Of a stretch of DNA of 64,000 bases, positions 40,555 through 54,123 are shown piece by piece. Position numbers and translations under genes: made by a program. Under the pieces are notes generated by a model. The model searched no databases. It saw only the letters and a list, made by a program, of their open reading frames with translations, and had not been told where the DNA came from. The stretch is from Octopus sinensis (lineage: Eukaryota): positions 52,142,001 through 52,206,000 of the forward strand of contig NC_043002.1 in NCBI RefSeq assembly GCF_006345805.1, read 5' to 3'. Within the stretch, counting starts at the first letter, position 1. Every line of letters starts with the position of its first letter.

Positions 40555-41115
40555 ATGTGTCAGGTCACTTTCGAGTGCTACTGGTAATATGTAACCCAGT
40601 ACAACCTGTTGCATGGTCGGGTCGTTGGCGACTAAACCGGAAACTCCACCAAGCTTGCTTGGTAAGGAGGGTGTTTATTGGACACCCTGCAGGATGAAAA
40701 ACAAAACCCGTCAAAGGGCGGATTAACTCTTGAGAGTCAACGGCCATCCAATAAATGTCTTAAGGATGTATCATGCGCGGGGACATAGAAATAATCGGAC
40801 TGAATACCCGATCGCGCGCTTAAACCATTGGGAGTGAAGGACTCCAAGCCTTCGTTAGGGCATCCTTCTAGGAGAAGGTAACTCAGGTAACTGGGATAAC
40901 TCAGACATAAAGCCTGCGGCTCAGTGGTTACCGGTGATGTTGACTTGTTCTTCTTTTCGGATTATGGCTGCTTTTGCTTAGTGAGTGGGATTGACTCAGT
41001 GCACAGCTTTACCTCACTTTAAAAAAAAATCTTCTTGCACAGGCATTGCACGATAACAACATTGATTAAGCTTCGTGCAATGGCCATACTCGATAACGAG
41101 GGGACAGCCACCATA
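40553..41115 (+). mobile_element. Non-autonomous bipartite RTE derivative (5'UTR-like part plus RTE 3' end)
   Basis: RTE-5'UTR-like gggcatccttctaggagaaggtaactc; the last ~45 bp match the 3' end of the RTE at 10955-11000; no ORF. Confidence 0.65.
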
Positions 41116-41196
41116 TATATGTAAACCTACGTACGAACAAATAATTTATACTTATGGTTATCTTAATTTTCACCCTGCATATGCACCCTGCATATG

Positions 41197-41388
41197 TGTG
41201 TGGAATTAGATGTACAGCTGCTACTGTATGTTCTAGAGGTCCTCGTAGATTGTCATTACACAACCAGTTTCCAGTGTAGGGGTTAGTTCACCACTGTACT
41301 ACAACTTATAATACAACTGATTGTATAATGACAATCTACGAGGAGCTCTAAAACATATAGTAGTAGCTGTACATCTAATTCCACACAC
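41197..41388. repeat. ~73-bp-arm imperfect inverted repeat with a ~45-bp spacer
   Basis: gtgtggaattagatgtacagctg... / ...agctgtacatctaattccacac. Confidence 0.85.
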
Positions 41389-41578
41389 ACACACTTACTT
41401 ACACGCCGCGTGCACACACACATATAGATATTAATTCTTTTGCTCCTTGTGCCATTTTTTTAAATAAACAACTGACATTTCTTTATATATACTAAAATCA
41501 AAAGACAGCTGGGCATTTTGGGCAGTCTCCCAAATAGTGCTCTTTTCTTTCCTTTGCTTAAACATTCACCCTGCGCGC

Positions 41579-41633
<55 letters not shown>

Positions 41634-42059
41634 CACACCACACATACACACACACATACTCACACACAACATACACACGTACGCACACTACACATTCAAA
41701 ACAAGCAGATAGTAGAACACAGAACATGGCACTCCCAAACATACTTTATCCAAGCCCCTAGAGTTATGCAAACCGATTTACTTGATTTCATGACATTTTT
41801 CAACAAAAAACTGATATCCCTCATACACATATATAGAGCAAAAGACTCACTCAGCCCAGCATCTCTGACAATTTACTTTAAATAGAAGAAAAAAACCCTT
41901 AAAAGTACTAACGCTGTGCAACAAAATTTTTAGGGGAAAATAAGAAAAACGGCCTTAAAAACATTTATTTGCAGTTTGAAAGAGCCTATAATTATGCTAC
42001 GTCAAGATTATTCTATTAATTTGGGGTAAGATCAAAGAAAATCTATTTTAATATTTACA

Positions 42060-44035
42060 GTTCTAAAATGGGATGTATTTCAGAGGAACATTATACCATA
42101 CATACATGGTCAGGATAAATGTTGTTATATGGTTGCGAAAAAAGGGAAAACCATAGACCAGATTAGTAACATCTCCGTTAATGATTTGACTGTTTTCTCT
42201 GTGTCTGACGAGGAATGGTACAGGTATCTAGGGGTGGATGAAAATATATCTTACAGTGGCGCCTGTAACAAAAAAATTTGAACCTCAGAACTTCCTGCAT
42301 TCAATAAAACAGTGACCCACGATGTGTTTGCAGTGGCAGTACACATATCAACATTTGGGCTGCTTGTTTGGACGCTTGATGAGATCCGAACCATTGAAGT
42401 GAAAACCTGAAAAATACTAACAAGCACACATAATTTCCACATAAACAGTGATGTAGACCGCCTCTACCTAAAACGAAAACAAGGCGAGAGAGGCTTAGCA
42501 TCGATCCAAAATGCCTTCGAATGTCGCATCATATCCCTTCGGCAACATCTTTTAACCACCAAGTGTCGAAGCATACCCTTTGACCAAGGCAGCTCATTGA
42601 AGAACACTCTTTGATAACCTAGAATACATGCCCGCAACGTATCATCAGATGAAAGGATGAGCCTATATGAGCAGAAGACTATGCATGGATATGTTAATAG
42701 AAAGCTCCGTGATGATAATAAATTTGATCCTCTAAGCAGTTTATCATGGACCAATAGCCGGATTACTACCTCCCACTTTGAAGAGTATGCGTTTGCAATC
42801 CAGGAACAGGATTGTACTAAAAGAATAGAGATGCAGGTAAAGCCATAAAGTGTGACAACCGATGCAGACTTTGTGGAGTTCACACTGAAGATATCACCCA
42901 CATCATAAGCAGTTGTCCGAAAATGTCATCACGTTATTTTCTACCGATGAGACATGACCTTGTAGCTAGAATACTCTATAATGAAATCCGTCGGAAGGAT
43001 AATCCCGAGGACAAAAGAAATAAGACCTCACAATATGGTTAAGACATAGTCACTCATAATAAAAAGAAATACTGGCAGAATGTACCAGTGAAGTCTTCAA
43101 TAAAATGTAAGCACAACAGACCTGATATAATGATTTGGGATAGAGAAGAGAAACTGTGCACAGTTGTGGAAATTAGCTGCCCAGCGGATGTTAACATAAA
43201 GCTGAAGATCAGTGAAAAAGAGAACACCTATGCTGAAATATTGAGAAATCTGCAGTTACTCTCTCCAGATTACAAGTTCAGGTTTATACCTGTAATTATA
43301 GATATGTAACACACTGCCTAAATACCAATCTTGAGAAATCAGGCTTCCCAAAACCAGAAAGGAGAAAGATAATTTGAAGACTACAGATCCAATCCATTAC
43401 TGAAACTGTAAAAATCTGTAAAACTTTCCTGAATTTTATCATTTGAATATATATGAGCATGTCTAGATAAGCAACTATATGCATGAGAATACATACGTAA
43501 AACATACATACATGCATACATGCATTCATACATACATAAATACATACATACATACATAAATACAAGAATACATACATACTTACTTACGTACATACATACA
43601 TACATACATACATATATACATACATACATGCATGCAGAATACATACAAACATACTTACATAATACATACATACATACTTACATACACACATATTTACATA
43701 CATACATATTTACATACATACATATTTACATACATACATACATACATACTTACACACATACATACATACATACATACATACATACATACATACATACATA
43801 CATACATACATACATACATACATACATACAAACAAACAAAGATACCCTGTTGTTGCTGTTGAAATTCCAATGAAGGAGCCTAGGAGAAAGGTAATTCGAA
43901 GACTACAGATTCAATCCATCACTGGAACTGCAAAAACCTGTAAAATTTTCCAAAAGTTTAGCATTTAAATACATATGAACATGTCTAGATATGCAGCTAT
44001 ATGCATGAGAATGCACACATAAAGCAAAACATACA
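42060..44035 (+). mobile_element. Decayed R4/Dong-like non-LTR retrotransposon (RT C-terminus, zinc knuckle, RLE, 3'UTR with (TACA)n) and duplicated 3' end
   Basis: YRYLGVDE; LYLKRKQGERGL; CRLCGVHTEDITHIISSC (CCHC); RHDLVA; HNRPDIMIWD..VVEISCP. 43380-43500 is repeated at 43903-44030. Confidence 0.85.
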
Positions 44036-44088
44036 AATCTGCACACATACATACCTACATACATACCTATATACATACATACATAAAT

Positions 44089-44204
<116 letters not shown>

Positions 44205-44407
44205 TGTGTTAGGTGTTATGTACAAAAATTGAATATTGAAAAAAATATTTTAAAAATCCTCAGAATTTGGGAAAAAAATATTTTTATTTCTTCGTTATTA
44301 TTAGCGCTTTCGTTCGTTTCTCGAAATTGTAAAATATAATTTTGTGAATGTACAAACGTAAACGAACAAGCTGTTTGTACATTCACAAAATTGTATATAT
44401 ATTATAT

Positions 44408-44460
<53 letters not shown>

Positions 44461-44548
44461 TAGAAACAGGTTTCAAAGAAAAAAGTCTACACGTGGTATG
44501 AATTGGGTTTTACCTGCTCTACTCCTAATCTCCCAAACACCCCCACAC

Positions 44549-44585
<37 letters not shown>

Positions 44586-44672
44586 GCACGCACGCGCGCA
44601 CACACACACACACACACGCATACACACATATGTATATATATGTGCGTATACATATATATGCCCACCCACATA

Positions 44673-44900
44673 TCTATTATATAAAATCCGTTCTGTCTGT
44701 CTGTGTGTGTGTCTTCTAGGATCTCTGGCATCCTCCATCCGATTGCGCTCAAATTTGATATGTAGATCCCGACGGTATCAGGGCGTGTATAAGTCTTGAA
44801 AAATTACAAGAATCGATTTCAGGTGAGAATGCGATCGATAAAGCCGTGGGAACGTGCATTTGTACGCACAATTACATCAGCACCGTCCAGGGAGGGAGGG
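44673..44900 (+). mobile_element. Helitron-like 5' fragment
   Basis: A|TCTATTATATAAAA followed by (TCTG)n, as at the 5' ends of the other two Helitrons; no CTAG end seen. Confidence 0.5.
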
Positions 44901-44973
44901 CGTTTTGTTCGTATATATATATGTATATATATATATATATATTATATATATTATATATATATTATATATATAT

Positions 44974-45004
<31 letters not shown>

Positions 45005-45154
45005 TATATATACATACATATGAAAGCATATATATGTTGTATGCGCATGTGTACGTTGTATGAGTCTGCATGCAGCATGGTGTGAATGTGTGTGCTTCTG
45101 CGTGTGTGTTGTGTGTGTGTGTTGTGTGTGTGTGTATGTGTGTGGGTGTGTGTC

Positions 45155-46057
45155 TGGGGAATTAGGAGGCCAAATGTTAGGGGTTATGTGATCATGAAAA
45201 TATTTAGGTATTCATTCCTGTGTTATTAGAGCCATGTGTGATAGTGTAGAGTCTTACTGAAACACATATGGCCTTCCATTGCATACACTGTCTGTCCGGG
45301 GCTTAACAATTATTTCCAGGACCTCAATGTAGGCGGCAAAGTTAAATTTAAGGCATTGTGGAAAGGAATAAGGCGGCATAACATATCCTTCATTGCTGAC
45401 AACCCCTAAAACCATGACAGTTGCAGGAAATTTTGTATGCATAACACTTGAAACTTAAGAAGGGTCTGCACAAAACCACCTGTCATTTCTTCTGCTAACT
45501 TTTTCATCTTGGTCGAAGTTTTACTCGTTTCTGAAAACCCAAATCAAATCTTGCTGGATATTTCAGTTTGTTTAAGAGCCTTTTAGATCTGATGTAGTGA
45601 TTTTCTTTTATTTTTCGGACAAATTGACCTTTCCTCATCATATAAGACTTATATCTGATGTCTTCGTGGACAATATCTCTGACTGTTTCATCTGATACAT
45701 GGCGATCTTTTGCAATAGGCCTCATGAACTTTTTGGAATAAATTCAGGTATTCTGATGACTTCAGAGCGTTTAGAATGCTTTCTATGCTTTAATATTGGT
45801 GATACGTTTCCATCTTCAGTCTCTAGCTCCTTACAAACTTTGTAGACGAGAGATCTGGCAATTTTTTTAAATGGAGATATTTCTAAATCGCTATGCTCAG
45901 CCTTTATAACTACAATAACAGCATGCCTTTTCATTTCTTGAGTAAGCTGAGGGTCTGCCATTATTATTTTCAGAAACAAAGGTTATACAGTGTTAGCAAA
46001 CAAATGCAGTAATGACCCCCAAAAAGGTATGTCTTCAAATACTTTACGCACTCTGCA
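45155..46057 (-). mobile_element. Decayed IS630-Tc1-mariner transposon (maT/DD37D-like)
   Basis: QEMKRHAVIVVIKAEHSDLEIS..IARSLVYKV; VSDETVRDIVHEDIRYKSY; TKFPATVMVLGVVSNEG..RPYVFQ*DS; TIR-like CAGAGTGCGTAAAG. Confidence 0.8.
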
Positions 46058-46058
46058 A

Positions 46059-46105
<47 letters not shown>

Positions 46106-46112
<7 letters not shown>

Positions 46113-46785
46113 AAGGGCAAAAGAAAAAATTTCAATGCCAAATATGCCGAAAATAGACTTAAATCGTCAATAACCACATATAATTCATCACTATAAGCAC
46201 ACGCCCCGAAGCAAGCCGACAGAAATTTCTAAAACATTCCGTTAATACCGAATCTGTCCGATTTCTGAATTAATTCATAAAGAATTTTCTTGTCTTCAGC
46301 GGTAAATACGATAAGAAATAAATGAGATACTTACTTGCACCCATGGAAGAAGTAGACACAAAGTCATGTGCACACTTAAGTACCCCAAATATATCCAAAA
46401 TAGGAATTTTACAGCACACCTCGAGACTTGTGTAATCGGACTGAAAATTCTCATAGAATGAGAGAATCCGGAAGTGGATAGTATTAAATTTACATTTAAT
46501 ATAGGATAAAATTTTTATCAGTGGCCAGCATATTAAACAATAACTTTTAAGGTTAAATTTATAAACAACTTATAAACAAGGGCAAAAGAAAAAAATCGGG
46601 ATGCGTGCTTATAGTGATGAATTATTTGTGGTTATTGACTTTTAAGTCTATTTTCGGCATATTTGGCATTGGAATTTTTTTTCTTTTGCCCTTGTTTATA
46701 AGTTGTTTATAAATTTAACCTTGAAAGGTATTTTTTAATATGCTGGCCACTGATAAATTTTTTCGAAAATTTCATCCTATATTAT
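46106..46785. mobile_element. PLE-terminus-like segment with nested inverted repeats between (TA)n tracts
   Basis: 46106-46205 is the reverse complement of 46600-46700, and 46500-46595 of 46680-46782. The end motif tgctggccactgataaatttt resembles 4730-4770. Confidence 0.65.
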
Positions 46786-47163
46786 GCATATATATATATG
46801 TGTATGTATGTATATATATATATATATATAAACATACACACCTTCTATATTTGGACTGTAGCCATACCAATGCTGGCAGACCATCTTGAAAGTTAATATG
46901 TTTGGTACTTATTCTATCGGTCTCTTTTAAACTCAAAACAAGTATTAGTATTAGTAGTAGTAGTATTAGTAGTAGTAGTATTAGTAGTAGTAGTATTAGT
47001 AGTAGTAGTATTAGTAGTAGTAGCAGCAGCAGAAGAAAATTGTATCAGTAGCAGTAAAAAAAGTCGAAGATTAAACCGTTGCTACTTTGAGTAACGCCTT
47101 TTTTTGCGCCTCGACTAACCGGAAATGCACAGTCGTTGAAATATCTCACATGTTCACTCACAC

Positions 47164-47219
<56 letters not shown>

Positions 47220-47224
47220 CACAC

Positions 47225-47272
<48 letters not shown>

Positions 47273-47289
47273 GTAAACATACATACATG

Positions 47290-47645
47290 GGGAGGTGCAA
47301 TGGCCCAATGGTTAGGGTAGCGGACTCGCTGTTTCGATCCCCAGACCGGGCGTTGTGAGTGTTTATTGAGCGAAAACACTTAAAGCCCCACGAAGCTCCA
47401 GTAGGGGGTGGTGGCGAACTTTGGTGTACTCTTTACCCACAACTTTCTCTCACTCTTTCTTCCTGTTTCTGTTGTACCTGTATTTCAAAGGGCCAGGTTT
47501 GTTTTATTCTGTGTTGCGCCGAATCTTCGATAAGAGTTCACGCGTCTGTGGAATGCTCAGCCACTTGCAAGTTAATTTCACGAGCAGGCTGTTCCGTTGA
47601 TTGGGTTAACTGAACCCTCGTCGTCGTAACCGACGGAGTGCCGTT
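47290..47645 (+). mobile_element. tRNA-derived SINE, family C-related
   Basis: tggcccaatggttagggtagcggactcg...agaccgggcg...gtgtttattgagcgaaaacac, as in 7135-7436 but with a different tail. Confidence 0.75.
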
Positions 47646-47672
47646 AAAAATACATACGTGTATATATATATA

Positions 47673-47764
<92 letters not shown>

Positions 47765-47774
47765 TATATATTAT

Positions 47775-47837
<63 letters not shown>

Positions 47838-49170
47838 TTCCGACCAGGAAGAAGCTGCTTAACTCAGCTCCTACAACACTATGACTGGGTGCTGAAACAA
47901 CTGCTCAACCACTCAAATGTGGAAGTCATATATTTCGACTTTGCAAAGGCCTTTGATAAAGTCGATCATGGAATGATATGTCACAAACTGCGTGATCTTG
48001 GCATAGTTGGAAAATTGGGAGAATGGCTTCATGACTTTCTGAAGAATAGAAGTCAGGTGGTAACAGCCAATGGGGCCACTTCCATTAACACGCAAATAGT
48101 GAGCGGTGTTCCGCAGGACACTGTTTTGGGACCACTACTGTTCATAATGGCCCTCTCAGACATGCCCTCAGCCACGCAGAGAGCCACGATCACAAGTTAT
48201 GCAGATGATACAAAAGTCTCACAGGCAATACAGAACCCTGAAGACACTAAGCACCTGCAATGTGAGCTGGACGAAATATACAAGTGGGCTGAAAAGAATA
48301 GCATGCAGTTCAATGCTGAAAAGTTTCAAGCTTTATACTATCAGCATGCAAAACTGAATGCAATACCCAATGAATACACTGGACCCGGAGGGATTGCAAT
48401 CCCAGAGGCACAATCAGTGCGTGACTTGGGTATTCACATGAGTGATGACGCGACCTTTCATGTACATGTTGCTAAACTGGCAATGAAATGTAGACGGCTG
48501 GCTGGATGGATTCTTAGAACCTTTAGAACAAGAGAACAAGAAACCATGATGGTCCTCTGGAAGACACTTGTCCTAAGCCACTTTGACTATTGCTCTCAGC
48601 TATGGTCACCATCCAGTGTCAAGATGATCACAGAACTTGAGGCGATCCAACGAAGCTAAACGAAGAAGATAGCCTCTGTGCAGCATATGAGCTACTGGGA
48701 AAGACTCAAGAGATTAAAGCTCTATTCCCTGGAGCGTAGGCGAGAAAGATATGCCATAATATATATCTGGAAGATCCTGGAAGGACTTGTCCCAAACTTT
48801 GGCATCGAGAGTCACACAAATGCCAGAACCGGGCGCCACTGCGTAGTACCAAGGACTCCAAATTTGCCATCAAGATGTAGGACAAGATACAGCTCTTCAA
48901 TATCCTCCCGAAGAAGCTTAGGGACCTGCATGGTGTAGATGCAGATGTCTTTAAAGTAGGACTGGATCTCTTCCTGTCAGTTGTCCCGGATGAACCAACT
49001 TCATGGCAGGAGGTGCAGATGAGGGCAGCTGCATCGAACTCTCTCATGCATCAGATAGCGTTTGCTAAAAAGCATCCGTGAGGTAAAATCGTGTAGCAAA
49101 CCAAATGGCGGTGCCCCAGCATGACCACAGCTCATTAGCTGAAACTAGAAAAATCAAAATCAAAATCAAA

Positions 49171-49174
<4 letters not shown>
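47838..49174 (+). mobile_element. 5'-truncated CR1-group LINE (RT domain pseudogene and 3' tail) inserted in (TA)n
   Basis: FRPGRSCLTQLL, DFAKAFDKVDH, GVPQDTVLGPLLF, YADD, RDLG and LKLYSLERRRERY. Premature TAA at 48657-48659; (AAAATC)n tail. Confidence 0.92.
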
Positions 49175-49217
<43 letters not shown>

Positions 49218-49243
49218 GTATATATATATATATATATATATAG

Positions 49244-49360
<117 letters not shown>

Positions 49361-49668
49361 CATTATATATATATATATTTTATTAGAAAATATAAAACAC
49401 ACACACACACACACATATATATATATTTTTTTCTGTGTGTATGAGCCAATCAGCCAATCGAGCTACTCACCCAATCCCACTCTCTCCCCTCTATACATTC
49501 ATCCACCCCATTCACCTACCTCGATCGTGCATCCACCGCACCCAAAACCAACCAGTGTGTTAGAAGCTAAATATGCCAACACATTATATTTCGACTTTTG
49601 CTCTGTAAATACATTGCATAAATGCATAAGGACGACAGCAACAACAAAATCAACAACGGCTACGACGA

Positions 49669-49704
<36 letters not shown>

Positions 49705-50025
49705 CGGCTACGACGACAACAAAAACAACAAGAAAAATAAGAAAACAAACAAAACACAGCATAACTACATTTCTAATAAACATCTAATCCAGGCGGTTCA
49801 ATGAATAATTAATGAGTTGCTTGTCATTTAGACCATCTCTTCGTATATTGTTTGATCTATTTGAATGTGTATGACAGCGTGTATGTGTATGTGCGTGTGT
49901 TTGTGTCATTGTGTGTGTGTTTGTGTATGTGTGTGTGTGTTTGTGTACACATACGACTGTGTGCATGTATTTCTCTTCGTTCATGTATCTGTTCATATTC
50001 TTGTGTGTGTGTGTGTTTGTGTGTA

Positions 50026-50059
<34 letters not shown>

Positions 50060-50612
50060 GTATATATATATATATATATATGCACGCGTGTGTGAGTGTG
50101 TATTATTGTGTGTATGTGTGTATGTGTGTGTATGTGTGTATGTGTATGTATGCATGTACAAGTATGTAACTGTGTTTGCGTGTATGTTTGTATGTGTGTG
50201 TGTGTGTGTGCATATATGTAACTGTGTTTGTGTGTATGTGTGTGTATATGCATGTCCATGCTTGAATGTGTGTGTGTGCATGCATGTGCACGCATGTGAC
50301 TGTGTTTGTGTGTATGAGTGTGTATATGCATGTCCATGCTTGTGAGTATGTGCATCGTTTGCGTATCTGCATATGTTCTTTTTGCTTATGTATATGTATG
50401 TATGTATGTGTGCCAGTGTGTGTGTGTGTGTGTGTGTATGTTGTCTGTGTATATGTATATTTATCTATGTATATAATTCATGTTTAAATGTATCTATGAA
50501 TACATGTATATTTATATATGTGTGCGCGCATGTTTGTTGTTTGTATATGCGTGTGTCAGTATGTATTCGTACATAGCTGAATATCTATTTTACACGTATG
50601 TATATCAATATA

Positions 50613-50643
<31 letters not shown>

Positions 50644-51101
50644 GGCCGCATGCATGTATGTGTTTTCGTGTTAATGTATGAAAATATAAGTGGATGCTGG
50701 TGTGGATATGCAATGCATAGGTATATGTATGTGCAAATGAGTTTATAATAATGTTGATAAAACGAATGCATATGTACGGATATGATGCGTATATACATAC
50801 GCAATCATATCCGTACATGTGTCTATGGATATGCGTCTATTAGGGCGTGTTTGTCTACGTGTGTGTGTGTGTGTGCGTGTGTGTGTGTGTGTGTGGTGTG
50901 TGTGTATGTGTGTGTGTGTATGTGTGTGTGTGTGTATGTGTTTGTGAGTGTGTGTGTGTGTATGTGTGAGTTTGGATAGTTATTGGTATATTGGAGCATG
51001 TGCTTGTATGCGATGTGCTTGGCATCTGTGTACATGTGTGCGCAAGTGCGCACGCATTAGCGAGTGTGAGCACATATGAGTGCGCGTATGTCGTGCGTGC
51101 G

Positions 51102-51132
<31 letters not shown>

Positions 51133-51391
51133 TGTGTGTGTGTGTGTGCGCGTGTGTGTATGTGATCTTCCATTCTTTGATTTTCACCGGAGGTTATTAT
51201 TTTCTGGTCTGCTTGGCACTCATATTTCAATGTATGAAAAATCGGCGGGAAATGAGAAGATGGTGGTGGTAGTAGTGGTGGTGGTGGTGGCGGAGAAGAA
51301 AGAGGAAGAGAAACGACAAATAAATAAAATAAAATAGATACATAAAATAAAGACGACACACAGTAAATGAAACTTGGATGATCATTTAAAA

Positions 51392-51438
<47 letters not shown>

Positions 51439-52572
51439 CATCATCATCATCATCACCATGATCACCACTAACTTCGTTGTTATCGTCGTCGTCGTCATCA
51501 TTACTATTAGAATGGTTGCTCTTTTTCTTATTTTTGTTATCTATTTAAATGGTCAGCCTTGACTGTGGACTTTTTTAATAGACCGGATAGATAAAATATT
51601 GTTCTGTGAATCTACTGGAATATAGAAAGAAAGGCGATAGAAAGAAAATTAGAGGGTTAGAAACTATAAAATAAGGGGAAAAATAATAATCATAAAAAAA
51701 ATCCAGTGTAGTTTGGATTCGGTCTCCCTTGGGCAACTATTTTTTTCACTGTAGCCATGTGAGTTATGTGTTAACTAATAACTTATGAGCAGAATTTGAT
51801 TGTATGTGTAAGAAACTAATGTGTGCATGTGTGCGTGTAGATATACAAATGTATCAGATTTACCTATTTCTTTGTAGATTGAAAAAAATACTGAAGAGCC
51901 TTTATCGATTTTCGGCCTGTACTACGGTTTCATCAGCGGCGGTTACGTCACGTAACCAATCCCAGAGATACGAGAAGCCAATCTTTTTATATACACATCG
52001 AATCCAGTAGCTCCGGAGAACTGGAGTCACTAATTTGCATTCTATAAGTGTTTAACACCATATCTAATGTCAGGGGAGGTTTGTTAACTGAGAACACAAT
52101 CCACCCAAATAAAAATATGATTTAATATATATATATATATATATACCTATGTAGTTGAAAGCGAAGCATGTCAAATTTACCTACCTGCCTACACACACAC
52201 ACACACACATACTATACTTGTATAAACAGATGCCCTAAATACAGTATTGTACATTTTTATTCTGTCTGCTCTCATTCTTTTCTTTTATAAAGAGTATTAA
52301 GCAAAGCGCTTGATTCTCTTCTGTTTCTTCCATTGGCGTACATATTTTTATTGCACACTTCTTCTATTGCTGTTTTTTTCCCCTTATATTTTTACGCTTT
52401 TCCAATTCCACATTTCTTTTGTCTACCTATGTGTACTATGTTTCCACCTCGTCTCTTAACTCCACTCGTTTTATTTGTGTTTTTTTTACCTACACACACA
52501 GGTACACACGCACGCACATACATACACACACACAGATGTATATATGCACACATACATACATACATACATACA

Positions 52573-52606
<34 letters not shown>

Positions 52607-52658
52607 CATATATATACATACATGCATACATATAGGGAGTTGTGTGTTTGTGCTTTAT

Positions 52659-52703
<45 letters not shown>

Positions 52704-52744
52704 CTGGAGAGGAAGAGAATGTGAGAAAGAGAGAAGATAAAAGT

Positions 52745-52980
52745 GCTTAGCATACTGGTTTGGATGTTGAGCTTACGTTCTTTAGGTTGTGATCAATTCT
52801 TGATTAAGAAACGTGTTGTGTTTCTGAGCAAGGCAATTCATTTCTCGTTGCTTTAGTGGTTAACAGTGAAAGGTAATGGCGGGTGGTTGACCTTCGATGG
52901 TCCCAATTTTTTTTCAGTGTAGGAGACTTCTAAGTCACTTAAATGACACGGAAACCAGGATGAACTCCGGCCTAATAGGC
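52745..52980 (+). mobile_element. Old CORE-like SINE
   Basis: gtgttgtgtttctgagcaaggcaattcatttctcgttgc...ggaaaccagg. Confidence 0.5.
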
Positions 52981-53688
52981 AGGTTTATGTGTATCATTTG
53001 TGAATGTATGCGAATGTGTGTGTGTGTGTATTAGTATGTGTGTGTGTGTATGTGTGTGTGTGTGACTGTGTGTGTGGCAATAGTTATACAAATTAAAAGT
53101 TTGTAATATGTGATATGTAAAAAAGGAAACTACCTGGAATACACCCAAACCAATCCAGACATATAATCTGTCCAGTAAATATCCGTTCTTATTTATAATG
53201 GAAAGTGACCAGTAGATTGTCAGAAACACCAGATACTAAACAAAATACTTCGAAGCGTTGAATAATGCCCCTTTCTGGTATAAGTTCAATAATCGCTGTG
53301 TTTGGCTTTGCTTTTTTTTTTTTTTATCAAATTTGGAGTTGATAATACTCCTTCTTTCTAGTAATTCTGACTCCTTTTGCTAATTTAAGAAACCATGCCA
53401 AAACAGACATTGCAGAATGATGAAGTCCTTGGACACATCGAATTCTGTGCAATCCATGCCAACGTGAAAACAGATGTTAAATATAAACGATGATGATAAT
53501 GACGATATTGATACACACGGACACACACACACACACACACACACACGCATACATGCACACATGCACACACACACATTTGCATTCTTGTATGTTTACATGC
53601 ATGAATGAGTGTATGTACGCCATGATAGATCGTTAGCTCATACACGCGTTTTTTTCTCTCCTTGTTTTTCTCCTTTTTTTTCTGTGTA

Positions 53689-53726
53689 TCTTTCTGTCGA
53701 AGAGTGTAGGCTCGAAACGTAAAAGA
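53689..53726 (+). ncRNA. Minimal hammerhead motif with variant core (within element 53645-53815)
   Basis: tcttt-CTGTCGA-a-gagt-gtag-gctc-GAAAC-GTA-aaaga. Confidence 0.6.
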
Positions 53727-53835
53727 CTTTTTCTATTCCTGAGCGCTATACTAATACATTTGTTTGTTTGTACTCCACCTGCCTTCGTCTTTTGTTTATT
53801 TTCGTAATTTTCCCTATATATATATATATATATAT

Positions 53836-53879
<44 letters not shown>

Positions 53880-54123
53880 AATATATATTGTAGTTTGTGT
53901 CTCTGTTCATGTTTGTTGGTATAAAACCGGTGGTGCCTGAGAAAGTTATATTCTTCGTTAAACGTAAATCGAAAAGAAAAACAAAATACTAGACAATTAA
54001 AAACTGGAGTTGATATAATAGACCAAACCCTTCAAGACAGTGTTCCAGCATGGCTGCGAATCGGTGACCGGAACCAGTAAAAATACACAAACGTCTTATA
54101 TTACGTTCAATAGTTTTACATTG

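Noticed and set aside
47889-48659. Functional reverse transcriptase gene
   Set aside because: 5'-truncated, with PQD in place of PQG, an in-frame stop and a downstream deletion; a dead LINE copy.
51895-51945. Minus-strand hammerhead (gccg-CTGATGA...GAAAATCGATAA)
   Set aside because: Stems I and II and the cleavage site fit poorly; at most a decayed motif. The same applies to 6035-6075, 33718-33810, 37335-37380 and 40390-40420.
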